From positions 1-64,000 of the forward strand of contig CDMY01000426.1 in assembly GCA_001179505.1 (NCBI GenBank): DNA of 64,000 nt, in the 5' to 3' direction. The number at the start of each line of letters is the position of its first letter. Position 1 is the stretch's first letter. The stretch is from Vitrella brassicaformis CCMP3155 (Eukaryota > Protista > Chromerida). The notes beneath the pieces are model-generated. The model ran no database searches. It saw nothing but the letters and a program-made list of their open reading frames with translations, and was not told the origin of the DNA. Below, in pieces: positions 11,501 to 22,500 of this stretch. The position numbers and the translations under genes are program-made.

Positions 11501-12488
11501 TGACGAACGAAACGACAAGCAGACACAGAGAAAACGATATGTCATGCCATCTGCACAGGCAGCCCTGTGTGCTTACGTATTCCATCAGCGAGCCCTGATG
11601 CTATGTTGACCGGTGCACTGGCTGATCCAGTGATGAAGCCCTCCCTAAGACGATGACAGTCGTAGGCAGCGTCGTGTCGTTAACTAGGGTGGAGAGTAGA
11701 GCCCCCCGAGGCCTATATATGTTTACGACGAGACACTGCTCCACCTCTCCCGCAGTCCCGCAGAGATACGGATTTCTGCCCACGAACTGCAGCCAAATGA
11801 TATGAACTAAGTGTACTACAGCTCCCGTCAGCTGCATCTGCCCACCTTGCAAAGCGAGATACAGCCTGGCGCCGGGTCGGTGGCGTTGAATGCGTCCTCA
11901 GGGAAGGGAAATGGCTCGGGGAACTTGAAGCGCTCGGCTGTGGCATACGGGACGCCGAAGAAGGCGTCGACGCCTGACGACAGAAGGAATGTGACCCATG
12001 ACCTTGGACAACGGACAAAGGGCCGAGGCACTCACCCGAAATCGGAGTGCAGGGCACTGATCGCGCCTGACGGAGGCACCTGCACATGAGACGTGCGAAG
12101 TTTTGTGTGTCTGTGTGGCTGTGCGCACCTCCCTGTGACCGTGACATTCCTCCCGTCAGCTGCATTCACACACATTCGCATCAATCAGCAGATCAGCAAG
12201 TGCGGATCAGTTTGCACCGGCGTCATTGACCAACCAAGCGTGATGTTGACCTCCGGAAAGGGATCAAAGTCCACGGTGAGGTCGATGTCCTCGAGGACTA
12301 CCGAGAAAAGGGCATCACAAACATGCCATCATGCCATCATGCCATGTTTTCGTGCAGTGCTGTGTTGTGGCCATACTAGACGGCAGGTTCTCCGCCAGCT
12401 CTTGGCCGCGACTCCCAGGGAGGCACACAATAGTGAGAAAGAGGCTCCCGACGATGCGGAGCCCCAGCGTAAAGGAAGAGGGCAGCAT
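8599..12488 (-). CDS. Secreted type-B carboxylesterase (COesterase, alpha/beta-hydrolase), multi-exon; 1-nt frameshift at 11643-11645 (assembly error or pseudogene); last exon spans the N gap
   Basis: Signal peptide MLPSSFTLGLRIVGSLFLTIVCLPGSRG. Motifs: DAFFGVPYA, EQCLVVNIYRP, G.GFITGS, VVVTYEYRLGVLGFL, GNYGF, nucleophile GFSNG, acid TTNNNEG, GDYVFSCP, catalytic His in GVRCHLEELPW, YVRNFIASDDPN, REFCNLW. Confidence 0.9.
8774..9073. other. Assembly gap (300 N) flanked by a poly-C run
   Basis: N run from 8774 to 9073, with a C homopolymer immediately after. Confidence 1.
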
Positions 12489-12600
12489 CGTATCCGCACG
12501 CCCCTTGGGGGCGTCAGGTGTGATGTGGTGATCAGCTCACCCTGTACGGTGCAAACGGCCAACGGTTTGCGAGCTGAAGCGCAAAAAGAGTCGGCTGACA
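12489..12600. promoter_or_regulatory. 112-bp bidirectional promoter/5'UTR spacer with three dyad elements
   Basis: Lies between ATG 12488 (-) and ATG 12601 (+). Inverted pairs: ACGCCCC/GGGGCGT (12498-12514), CAGGTG/CACCTG (12515-12543), GCAAAC/GTTTGC (12551-12570). Confidence 0.6.
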
Positions 12601-13844
12601 ATGGACACACAAGCAGAATTGGCGGTTCTGAAGGCCAAGGTGGCCTCCCTTCAAGCCCAGGTAGAGGGACTGCAAAGAAATCCTTCCTCATGGACGCAAA
12701 ACATCGGTGAGAAAGACGAGCTAGGAAAGGACTTGAGGGCGTGTGTTGATGCATGAAAAGACTGCACACGGCGTGTTGTGTGTCCATTTGGCAGGCAATC
12801 CCGCGCCCCTGGGTTTGTTGTCCTTCGGGATGACCACACTGTTCCTCGTAAGCAGAAAGACAGCTCATCACAAGCGAAGTTCTTCTTCCTCTCTGATGGC
12901 CACGATGCTTGCATGATGCAGATGTACATCGATATGGAGTGGAGTGAGGGAGGAGTGAAAGAACTGGTACGCCAGTGGTACGGCCAGCCAGCGGATCTTC
13001 CATCTTTGCTCTTCTTTCCGCAGGTGATAGCCTACGCGCTGTGGTATGGCGGGGTGGGCCAGATCATTGCTGGAATATGGGAGGTACATATCTTACACGC
13101 GCATGCAAAAGGTGTCATGTCCGTAATGCACACACATTGCAAAGGTGGGATTCTCTGGCTTGTCTGTCAAGATGCTCAAAGGGAACACCTTTGCGGCCAG
13201 TGCGTTCAGCAGCTATGGCTTCTTCTGGTGTGGATGGTCCCTGTTCAACAGCAAAGTGGTGGAAGCAGGATACACACCTGGATCAAGTCAGCATAGAAAA
13301 AGGAGGAGAGGCACCTCTTACATCTGGTTGTTTCAGAATTCGCTACTGGAGACGCACTGTATCTGGGTCAGTGGGGCGTCCTGACCTTCCTGTTCTTTCT
13401 CGCAACACTGCAGAAGAACAGGTGCCTCCAGGCTGTCTTCCTCCTTCTGTCGATCACTGTACGCTCAGAAAGGGCTGCTTCATCCACTCGTCATACGTAT
13501 CCAACTGCCGTTTCTGCTTTGCTGTGTGCGTCGCCCTCAGTTCTGGCTTCTTGCCGGGGGTGTCTTTGACGAGACGTGCAAGATCGTGGCGGGGTATTTC
13601 GGCTTTCTCACGGGACTTGCGGCTATCTATACGGCCTTCGCAGAGATATATGAGGAGACATACGGCCGCAGCATACTCCCAGGTAGCTGCCTTGCTGGTC
13701 CCTTGTCAATGTGGGAGCATTTCGTTGTCTCGTGTGCGTGCAGGTTTGGAGCCGCTCAAGAAGAAGGCCTTAAAGGCCATCGACAGCACCGAGCCGGAAC
13801 CAAACAGCATACAGGACATCCTGCCGCCCGCCAAGAATGTGTGA
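12601..13844 (+). CDS. GPR1/FUN34/YaaH (SatP/Ady2-type) acetate/monocarboxylate/ammonia transporter
   Basis: Spliced product MDTQAEL...NIGNPAPLGLLSFGMTTLFL...WYGGVGQIIAGIWE...GNTFAASAFSSYGFFW...YLGQWGVLTFLFFLATLQKNR...AGYFGFLTGLAAIYTAFAEI. Contains the family NPAPLGL..FG.TT motif; all intron phases are consistent. Confidence 0.93.
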
Positions 13845-14166
13845 GATGCCACACAAACTTGTGAATGCGCAACACCGCAGACAGCCCCGAGAGACGCATT
13901 GATGTTAATTGCACGTTTGTCTCTGTCTACTCATGGGATGCGCTCTTGTCGATTTGGTTGCCTGCCCGCCTCTGCGCTCTTGTCGGGACTGAGAGGATCG
14001 ACCTTCTCTATTTGCCTGCAATGCTAATGTGTGCACTTGGTGGTGGATCTCTGTGCTTCCTCACGTCTACAGCAGTCAATGAAAGACATGAGGACACGAC
14101 CGTACCAACCGCGAAACTCACGGCCGTGGGGAAAAGATCCTTGGGGCCGTGGGGAAAAAGTGTGCC

Positions 14167-16667
14167 ATGACCAAAGAAAGCCTGGAGGCGCCTGAGGGCG
14201 ACAACGGAGACGTGCATGACGGCGAGGAGCCCCAAATGGAGGCTTCCACAGGCGGCCCTCACCGTGAAGACACCACCGTGACGACAGTGTGCACTCATCC
14301 CTCCGAATTCACGGGAGCCTCAGGCCCGACACCTGATTGCCTTTCCTACGGTCCATGGCCAGTCCAGCCCCAGCCCCCAAACGAGGGCTGCGGCGCCTTC
14401 CTTCCACTATTCCGCTCACTGGAGACGTTTCAAAAGCCCCATGGGGATGTGCAGCTGTTCAACCGGAGCTTCACCGTCGTGACGATTGTTGAGGAGGCAG
14501 CCGACAACGAGGAGGGCAAGGGCGGCGACACGAAGGAAGACAGGCGTGTTGAGAGACGGGAGGGATCTCTTCTCAAGCTCATGGAAGAAGGTAAGGCGTC
14601 CATAGTACTGGCTGGTAGACTGTTGTTCTTGTGTCATTCATGCAGGGTTTCGCGTGGCAGCGGGATACCCTGCGGCTTATCAGGAGTTCCCAACGCAGCT
14701 GAGATACGAACAGGTCGACGGAGAACAAGAAGTGCTTGTGGGAGCGGAATTTCAGCCTGAGCGATTCCTTCTCACTCTCCGCCGCGTGGCGTGGGTCATC
14801 TTGCGGCAAGTGGGTTATGCCCTGACGCTGGCGACACTGTGGGCTGGGCTCTTCACGCTCATGTGGCTCTCGTGCGAGGACGAGGACGGGGACTGGGACG
14901 GGGCAAACCGCACGGCCTACATCGTCATGGATTTCATCAGACGCGCCCTGGCCATCTTCGCGTACGCTGCCCTGCAAATGATCACTATCGAAGGCGCTGA
15001 CGGCCGTGGGATCATGCGCCGGCTGCGCAGCAGCTCGGGCCATTACGTGATCCCTCTTGCCTGTTCCCTCACGGTGGGCGTGGCTTATTTCTCAGGCCTG
15101 CCCTTTCACGCTCACGGCATCTTCGGCCCTCTCATGATCATCTTCATCGGCCATGTCGCGCCTTTCGGTGTGTATCGGCAGGCGGCGGAGAGCATGGACA
15201 GCGTCAACAGGAACAACATATACGCCCTTCAGGCGACATTCATCTGGCTGTTGACTCTCGGAATAATGTCGCTTTGGCTTGGTATCATGCTGCCCATTGG
15301 ATTGAACGCTGAGAGTGACGGCCAAAGGATTAAGATTGCGCTCATCTGTCTCGCCGTTGGCAAGCCCTTTCTCTCTCTAGGTGAGCTGAAGCAAGGAGGC
15401 GTCCGTCTTCTTGCATATAAGCAATTTCTGCGTCTCGCTTTCCTCAGTAACGAATACGTCTCGATTTCTCAAGGTGAGATCCGAGAAGGCAGCATGATCG
15501 ACCAAGTCCATTGCACCGCTGTCTCTCGGGTGCATGTGTGTCTGTCGCGAAGGATGGCCCGTCGACGAACACCTCGCCTTTCATCTTTGTCGCCGTGATC
15601 GGCTACCTGCTCGTGCCCCGTATCCTGCAGGCAAAAATGATGAAGCTCAGCACAAAGGTGCTGTTCTCCTTTCTCTTCGCCAGCCTCGACCTGCTGGCTG
15701 ACATCCTTCTCCCGTACGGCGACCTCATCTGCATGGCAATCGGCCGCTGGTTCGCATCTCAGACATCCCAACAAACGCTGTTCCACCCCTTTCATCGCAT
15801 CAGAGCGGCCAGGCAACCCTCTGATCAAAAGCATGGATTCAGCGACATCGGAATCGACGGACTAGACGAGGATCCTCAGGCAAAGGCCGTGTCTCGAAAC
15901 ATGATCACATTGTCGCCTGCAGACATACCCCCTCAGCAGCTGGCGGGGCGCAGCTCCTCAAGCATCATCTCTGGCGACCAACCTGTGAGGCCCGGTCTCT
16001 CGCTGGAAAGCACGTCGTCCCGGCGGTCCAGTGATGGTCGGGTTATGAAGCGCGACCTGTCATTAAGAAGCACAATGTCTTCAATCGCCTCCGACCCCCG
16101 TAGCATTTATGTGATGTGTGACGTGCATCCCCGATACTTGCGAGGTGAGCAAGCCGCTGCTTTCATCCAGACGTGCCTCGCATCTGTGTGGTTGTCTTTG
16201 TCCTGCCTGCAGCCATAAGCGACCAGATACATGGGTTCAACCTGAGTCAGCTGACGGTGCTCATACTGCTGAACCTGCTGCAACTCACCTTGGAGCAGAT
16301 CATACAGCCGTCGTTTGGCAGGCTGGCGGAGCGGCTTTGGTTTCTCTTTGGTTCAGTGGATGACAAGAGTGAACAACCTGCCATTGCTGAAGGTGCAAAG
16401 ACATGCAGACGATCTCGCACATGACACGTGATGGCTGGTCACCTCTCCCTGGCTCTTTTGCAGAGCGAGGAGGAGCCAAGGGTGGCCCTCACCCGCGTGG
16501 TGTCGCTCTTCTTGAGCTGCCTCGTGCTCTTCTCCTCGCTGTTCCCTTGGATTTTTCTATTCCTCCTTCGCTCCCTGGACGACCAGCATTTCGACAAGAG
16601 CATTGACGAGATCTGTCCCTACTATAGCCAAAGATATAGCAGATACGTCGACAACGACAGGCTGTGA
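14167..16667 (+). CDS. Multi-pass membrane hypothetical protein (about 7-8 TM, acidic N-terminus), includes a GC-AG intron at 15360-15447
   Basis: ORFs 14149-14760, 14654-15598, 15511-16218 and 16428-16667 link through phase-compatible splice sites; many hydrophobic segments. Confidence 0.7.
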
Positions 16668-17092
16668 GCGATGCGTCGTGTGCCATCTGTCGTCGGTTTT
16701 GTCCCTGTTTGTGAGCAGTTTTGCCTGTGAGGCCTGTGAGACCGTAAGCCATGTATGCATGTGACTTGGGGACGATGCAATTCGTCACCCGTGCTCTACT
16801 GCATCTTATCCGCCGCCAGCCGCTCTGCCCACACATCAGAATTAGTCTCTCGCTCATTTCCACCAGTGTCGATGAGTCGAATTTCAAATTTTCCTCACAT
16901 CTCCAGAGATGATGCACACAGGCCATGTTGTCTTGGCGTTTGGCTCAGCTGCGGTGGTTTTTGGGTGCGAGCCGGATCGCATGAGATCTGCGAGCTTAGC
17001 AAAGAGGAGAAACGCCGTTTTTCAGCAGATCTCCATAGTTACTTGGCGCCAGGAGCACAACAGCGTCCATCACATAGCACTGATCTCTCAAC

Positions 17093-18773
17093 ATGATGCC
17101 TCCGTCGCCTCTGCGACTCATCGCGATGTTTATCGGCATTGTTCTCGCTAACAGCGCTTCGCCGCCCTTATCGTCAGTACATGCCCGGCCCCCGCGGCGG
17201 CTTCACTGCATCCACGGCGGCATGAATCCATCGGATGACGGTCTCGTGGAGACCGCCTTTCCGCCTTCCCTGCCGCACCCTCCCCCACTATCCGCCATCA
17301 TCGACGAGGCCGTGTGGAACGCATCGCTGCAGCTCGGCATCACTGTCAAGATGCTGCCGCCTGTCCCGCCACCAGAGCCGTCAGAGGACGCGCTGCGGAC
17401 AGCTGAGTTGCCTGGCAAGAGGCACCGGGTGAACCCTCTGGCGGAGTTTGGCTATGGAGATCTATCGCAGGCTGCATTGCGCGAGCACCGCGGCTGGCTG
17501 CTGGGGCAGATGGAGGCGCTCGTGGAGACCTGCGGCATGCTGGAGAAAGAGCTGGGTGGCAAGGAGGAGGGCAAGATGAACAAGAAGGACGACAATGCGG
17601 CAGCTGCTCAGACAAAGGTGATGCACGCCGTCACCTTGAAAACATATATATCCTGTGTCATGTTTGCGTCAGCCCCTATCTGCCCGCGGCAGTCGTCCCC
17701 TGGAATGGGAGTTTGCTCTCAGCACGGCGTCGAGCCCCAAGAGCTGCCTGATCAACATCGAAGCGGAGGAGGGGACCAAGGTGGCTGGGCCAAAGGGCAC
17801 TGACAAGTGGGTCACCTTCTCACAGCTCAACAAATACAGGCGGAAGGACCCGCAAAAGGTGAGCAGGGCGGGGCGGGGTAGCGCAAGGTCGGTGATCTGT
17901 CTGCGCACATCGTTGTGTGGTCGTGCCCGGTGTGTGTGTGTGTGTGTGTGATTGTGTCAGTTGCGAGATTTGTGGTACGGGCAGTATGACGTGGACTTTG
18001 GGCCGATCAATGAACTCGCCTCCACACAGGTATGAGTGTGTGTGGCGTCACCCACACATAACAACACGCGGTGCTTCTGTGCTGCTTCTCATGCCTGTCC
18101 ATCCATCCATCATCAGGCGCTTGCCGTGTCAGCGATGCTCGACTCGCCCGTGCTGATTCCCTCCTTAGTCATCCTGTCGATAGCAGGCGCCCTAGGCGTG
18201 TCTGCCGGTGCGCTGTGGGCGGTGCTGGTGCGGCTGCTCAACTCCCATCTCTGGTGGCGGAGCTACGGCCTCTGGAGCAGATTCCTCTATGTCAGCGCGC
18301 CATTCAAGATACTCCTCGGCAGGTCCGCAATGCTTCCACACTTGTTTGCGTAAGCGGTTGATTCATCTTGTGTGTTCGATCGCTGTGCGCGCACCTGCAG
18401 GTGGGTGTACAGCAGCTGCCGCGATGTGGTCAAGGCTCTTGCGGACGTGGTGCGCGACCGGCTGCTGGACCTGGAGTCCCACCTGCTGCAAGCGTCCCTC
18501 CCCGTCCCACCCGAAGAGACCGTGCCGAAGACACAACGCGACAAAGGCCAAGAAGGAGACCAAGACGACCAGGGTCTCGAGGACGAGCCAGAGGAGGAGC
18601 CACCAGAAGAGAGTGAGGATGCACGCGACAGCCAAAGCAGTACAGAGCAGAGATGGTGGCCAGGGAGGGACCTATGGCGGAGGGTGCGGAGGCAGAGAGG
18701 GGGTGGACAGCGGGAAGGGGAGGACGCTGAGAGGGATGAGCAGCAAATGGAGGCGCAGGAGGGCGGGATATGA
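17093..18773 (+). CDS. Hypothetical membrane protein with signal peptide (possibly bipartite plastid targeting) and acidic C-terminus
   Basis: MMPPSPLRLIAMFIGIVLANSA signal peptide followed by an S/R/P-rich stretch; exons KWVTFSQLNKYRRKDPQK | LRDLWYGQYDVDFG | TM segment VLIPSLVILSIAGALGVSAGALWAVLV | E/D-rich tail. Confidence 0.65.
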
Positions 18774-19577
18774 CTGACTGACTGACTGCCGTGTGTGTGT
18801 GGGATGGATGAATTCATCCAGTCGGTCTGATGAGACCAGACATAACGGATTGATTGATGTGCGGGTGTGTCTGTGAGTGAATGCTTCATGATGGTCCGTC
18901 CGCTGGCGAGCATCAATCGATGGCTTCTCTTCGAGGATATGAAAAAGGCTATAGAAGCGGTCGATGCTCGGGACTCATCCAAAGTGATCGGGGCTCATTG
19001 CGGCTGAATGATTGGCTCCTGACGAGCCCTGTGAGCCCACAGAAGGGCTTTCGCCCTCCTTTCCAGCCGATCGGTGCGAGCTGAGAGAGGGCGAGCAATT
19101 GAGGGCGAGAAGCAACTTGGCGAGAAGAACGAAACAATTTGTGCTTACCAGGCTTCTTGGTGAGCCAGTGGAGGCGCAGTGAGGCCCTGTTGAGCGGACG
19201 AGTCCGTCTACCCATCGCCCAGCCGCTTCTGTGCCCACCTGATCCATCAGCGGCCCTGCTGCGCAAGAGATCATCACGCCACGTAGCGCCATGTTGTCCG
19301 ACGGTGAGTGGGAAGATGGGAAGATGCGGCGATTGGCTCACTCACAAGCACACCGCTGAGCTGTTTGCTGCCTGTGTGTGTTGGTGGTCTTCAGGTCTGC
19401 CTTGTCGACGGGCGGACTGGTTGATTGATTGAGGGCGTGTGCGCGGCTGGCCGCCGACTCATACGTTTGATAGGCAAGCACTGATGCACACAACAAATGC
19501 ATCAGGTGCCTGCAGGCCCATCTCTGTGTGTGTGGTTGGTGCAGCTGTATGCGTGCGTGAGTCGTCCCGACACCCAC

Positions 19578-22500
19578 ATGGCCTCTGCTGGCCCGGCCGA
19601 CGGTGGCGATGGCGATGCAGGTACACTCTGCTCAGACAGATGCAGCACGTCACACACACACCATCATCGTGTGTGTGGATGTGTGTTCCTTTGCAGACGA
19701 TGTAGCCGAGGAGGAGACCAACGGCTTTGTTTTATTTGACGAGGGTGAGCGACGAGCTGTGGGATATAGCAAGGCAGCACGGTCATGACTGCTCGTGTGT
19801 GTGTGCGTGTGTGCGTGTGCAGGTGTTGTCCGTGTTGAAGGGGGCCGCGGTGTCGGCGGGCAGAACCGGAGACGACAAAACAGAGGTAGACGCCGGCCGA
19901 TCCACCGACACACAAATCAGAATCGGCCTCCAGAGCTCATCGTTAATAATCTTGTATGTGCCAACCACAGGTGCGCCGTTGCCAGACACCTGGTTCCCTC
20001 CTGGTGCCAGTGGCGCTAGCATACGGCTATCCGAGCGCATCCTCCGCCGCACAGTCATCGACGAACAGCATTTGACGGACGTGATCCACCAGCCTGGAGC
20101 CGACCCCAATGTGGAGCTGTGGCTACATCACGATGGGGACCATTCTAGCTACAGAGCTTATCCGCTGCTGGCGCTGTGCATTGACAACCTCTCGGACAAC
20201 CGCGTGCCAGCCATCTGGGCAGCCGACGGGGACGTGGACGACGACGTGGATGCTCCTGGGTGTCCCATCGTCTCGTCTTGCCCATGTGGCAGCCCCCTAG
20301 CCTCCAGCTCGCCGTCATGCGGGGCCTCATCCAGGGAGGGGCGGACATCAATGCGGGTGAGCTCGGCCAAGCGAGTTGGCCCATCCTGGTGGCCATCGCC
20401 TCGTGCAACCGGGCCGCATTCGAACTCCTGATCGGCCAGCCAGGTGCCCACCCATTCACAGCACTCACGACACGGAACACATAGCATGGTGTCTGGCTGT
20501 CTGTCTGGCTGGCTGGTTGGCTGTCTGTTTCAGGCATCCAGCTGCAGGGGCGATGCGTGCTGAATGTGCCGCCTTCTCGTCAAACGGATCAGCCGACTAA
20601 GGCTGATGAGGCCACCCTGCTGTCCTTCTACGAGCAGCTCATCCAGCGGGACAGCACACTCGCAACAGAGACCGATGCCGACAATGGCAGCAACCCGGTG
20701 CATTGGGCGGCCGCGAGACCTCCCGTTTGGTCCCAGCAGTTCATCGAGAGCTACATCGAGCTGCTGGTGACCAAGGGGGCGGACATCACGGCCGTGGACA
20801 ATGATGGATGGACGCCATTGCACGCTGCGGCAGCCTGGGGTTCGCACCAGGCGGCTGCCTCTCTCTGCCGCCGTCTCACCGCTGCCGACATCAACAGAGG
20901 AAGGCCGAGTGACACGCCCGTCACACCCCTCGCCGTCGCTGCCATACGGCTCGATGAGGTCACCCAACAGCTGCTGCAGGACGACACCACGGAGCAGGCC
21001 GAGAAGGATCGGCTCACCATCCTAATCCCGAACCTCCAGAAGACCGTCCGTGTGCTGCTCCAGGTGGGCGCTGACATCGCCCTCATGCCCACAGCCACAG
21101 AGCGAGACCGCCGGTGCCGCCAGCTGGTGTTGGCGGAGCGGGCGACCGTGGTCAACGAGCTGCCCATTCCCGAGCCGCGCCCCGCCACCATCGATCGAGG
21201 CGCAGGATCGGCTGCAGAAGATGAAGGAGCACCGCGACAAGCGCAAGGGCCGGCAGGCCACACGACAGGCCAAGGAGACCCCCACAGAGGCCGAATTGGC
21301 GCGGCAGCAGCGAGAGGCCGACGCCAAGATGGCGGCCCTGATCAGAGAGGAGGAGGCGGCCAACAAGGAGAGGGCGGCGGCTAAGGAGAAGACGGGCGGC
21401 AAGAAGAAGGGCAAGAAGGCTGGCAAGGGGCAGCCCAGCGCCCCCACCCCCACCTCCACCAGCAGCCCGCCGGGTGACGAAGATGACCAGGCGGACAGCA
21501 GTGGGGCAGCCGATGATGCTGGTGAGGACAGCGACGCCCTCCTGTTGGCGTCGGCCTTCGCCCAACGCGCCATCGAAAGCCAGAAGAAGGCCCCCAACGC
21601 GAAACATCAGAAGGCGGCCGATGTCAAGACCCAGCCAGCTGCCCACCCCGAAAGATCGACTCGTTCCCCCTCCTCGCCCTTCCAGCCCCCCACACCCAAG
21701 CACAAGACGACTCACCAGCCCTCGGCTGATCGTCTGCTGCTCTCTCACCCTAGCGGCGTGTCGACGGCCGACCAGACGCCGCGCGAGGAGCGTCTGCCGG
21801 GCCCATCGGCAGGTAGCAAGTTGGGCGGAGGCAGAGGGCTGGGCCTACCGGCTGCTGCACCATCCTTGTTCCCTCGGCCGGCCCCTCCAACTCACCGGTT
21901 GCCGTTGGCTGAGGAGCTGCGCGAGTCGGCCATGCGGCGATCGTTTGTGTCGTCGAGTACATCCCACCTGTCCCCATCCCCTCGGCCCCTCCCCCTCGGT
22001 GCCGATGATCCATTCCCCCCTCTAGCACATGGGCCACAGCATCCGTAGGCAGACAGACACAGACAAGGGGATGAATGGATGGGCACAATGAATGGCGCTG
22101 TTGTGTGTGGTCGTCTCTCTTTATATCAGTGACGGCTCGTTTCCCACATCCTCGAGTGGGCATCGTCCCTCGTGTCATCGGGGCCCTCCGCCACTCGTCA
22201 AGTATCCCAAGTAAGGCACAGACAGGCCGACATGAGGACACCTGACGCACACACCGGTGGGGGGTTATGGTGCACCCGTCTTCTCATGCCGTTGGGGTCT
22301 CTTGTAGGCGTGTTGAGTCGGTGGCTGAGGAGAGTGTAGAGCGTGACGGTGGTGGCGACGTAGAGGACGCTGGTGCTGACGACGAAGACATAGACACACA
22401 GCAGGAGAGGTCAACACAGCGAAGCTCACGCATTCACACTAACGCCCCGCTGTCACCCTCACTAATACCGACGGCATCCTCTCACGATTTACAGGCCAAT

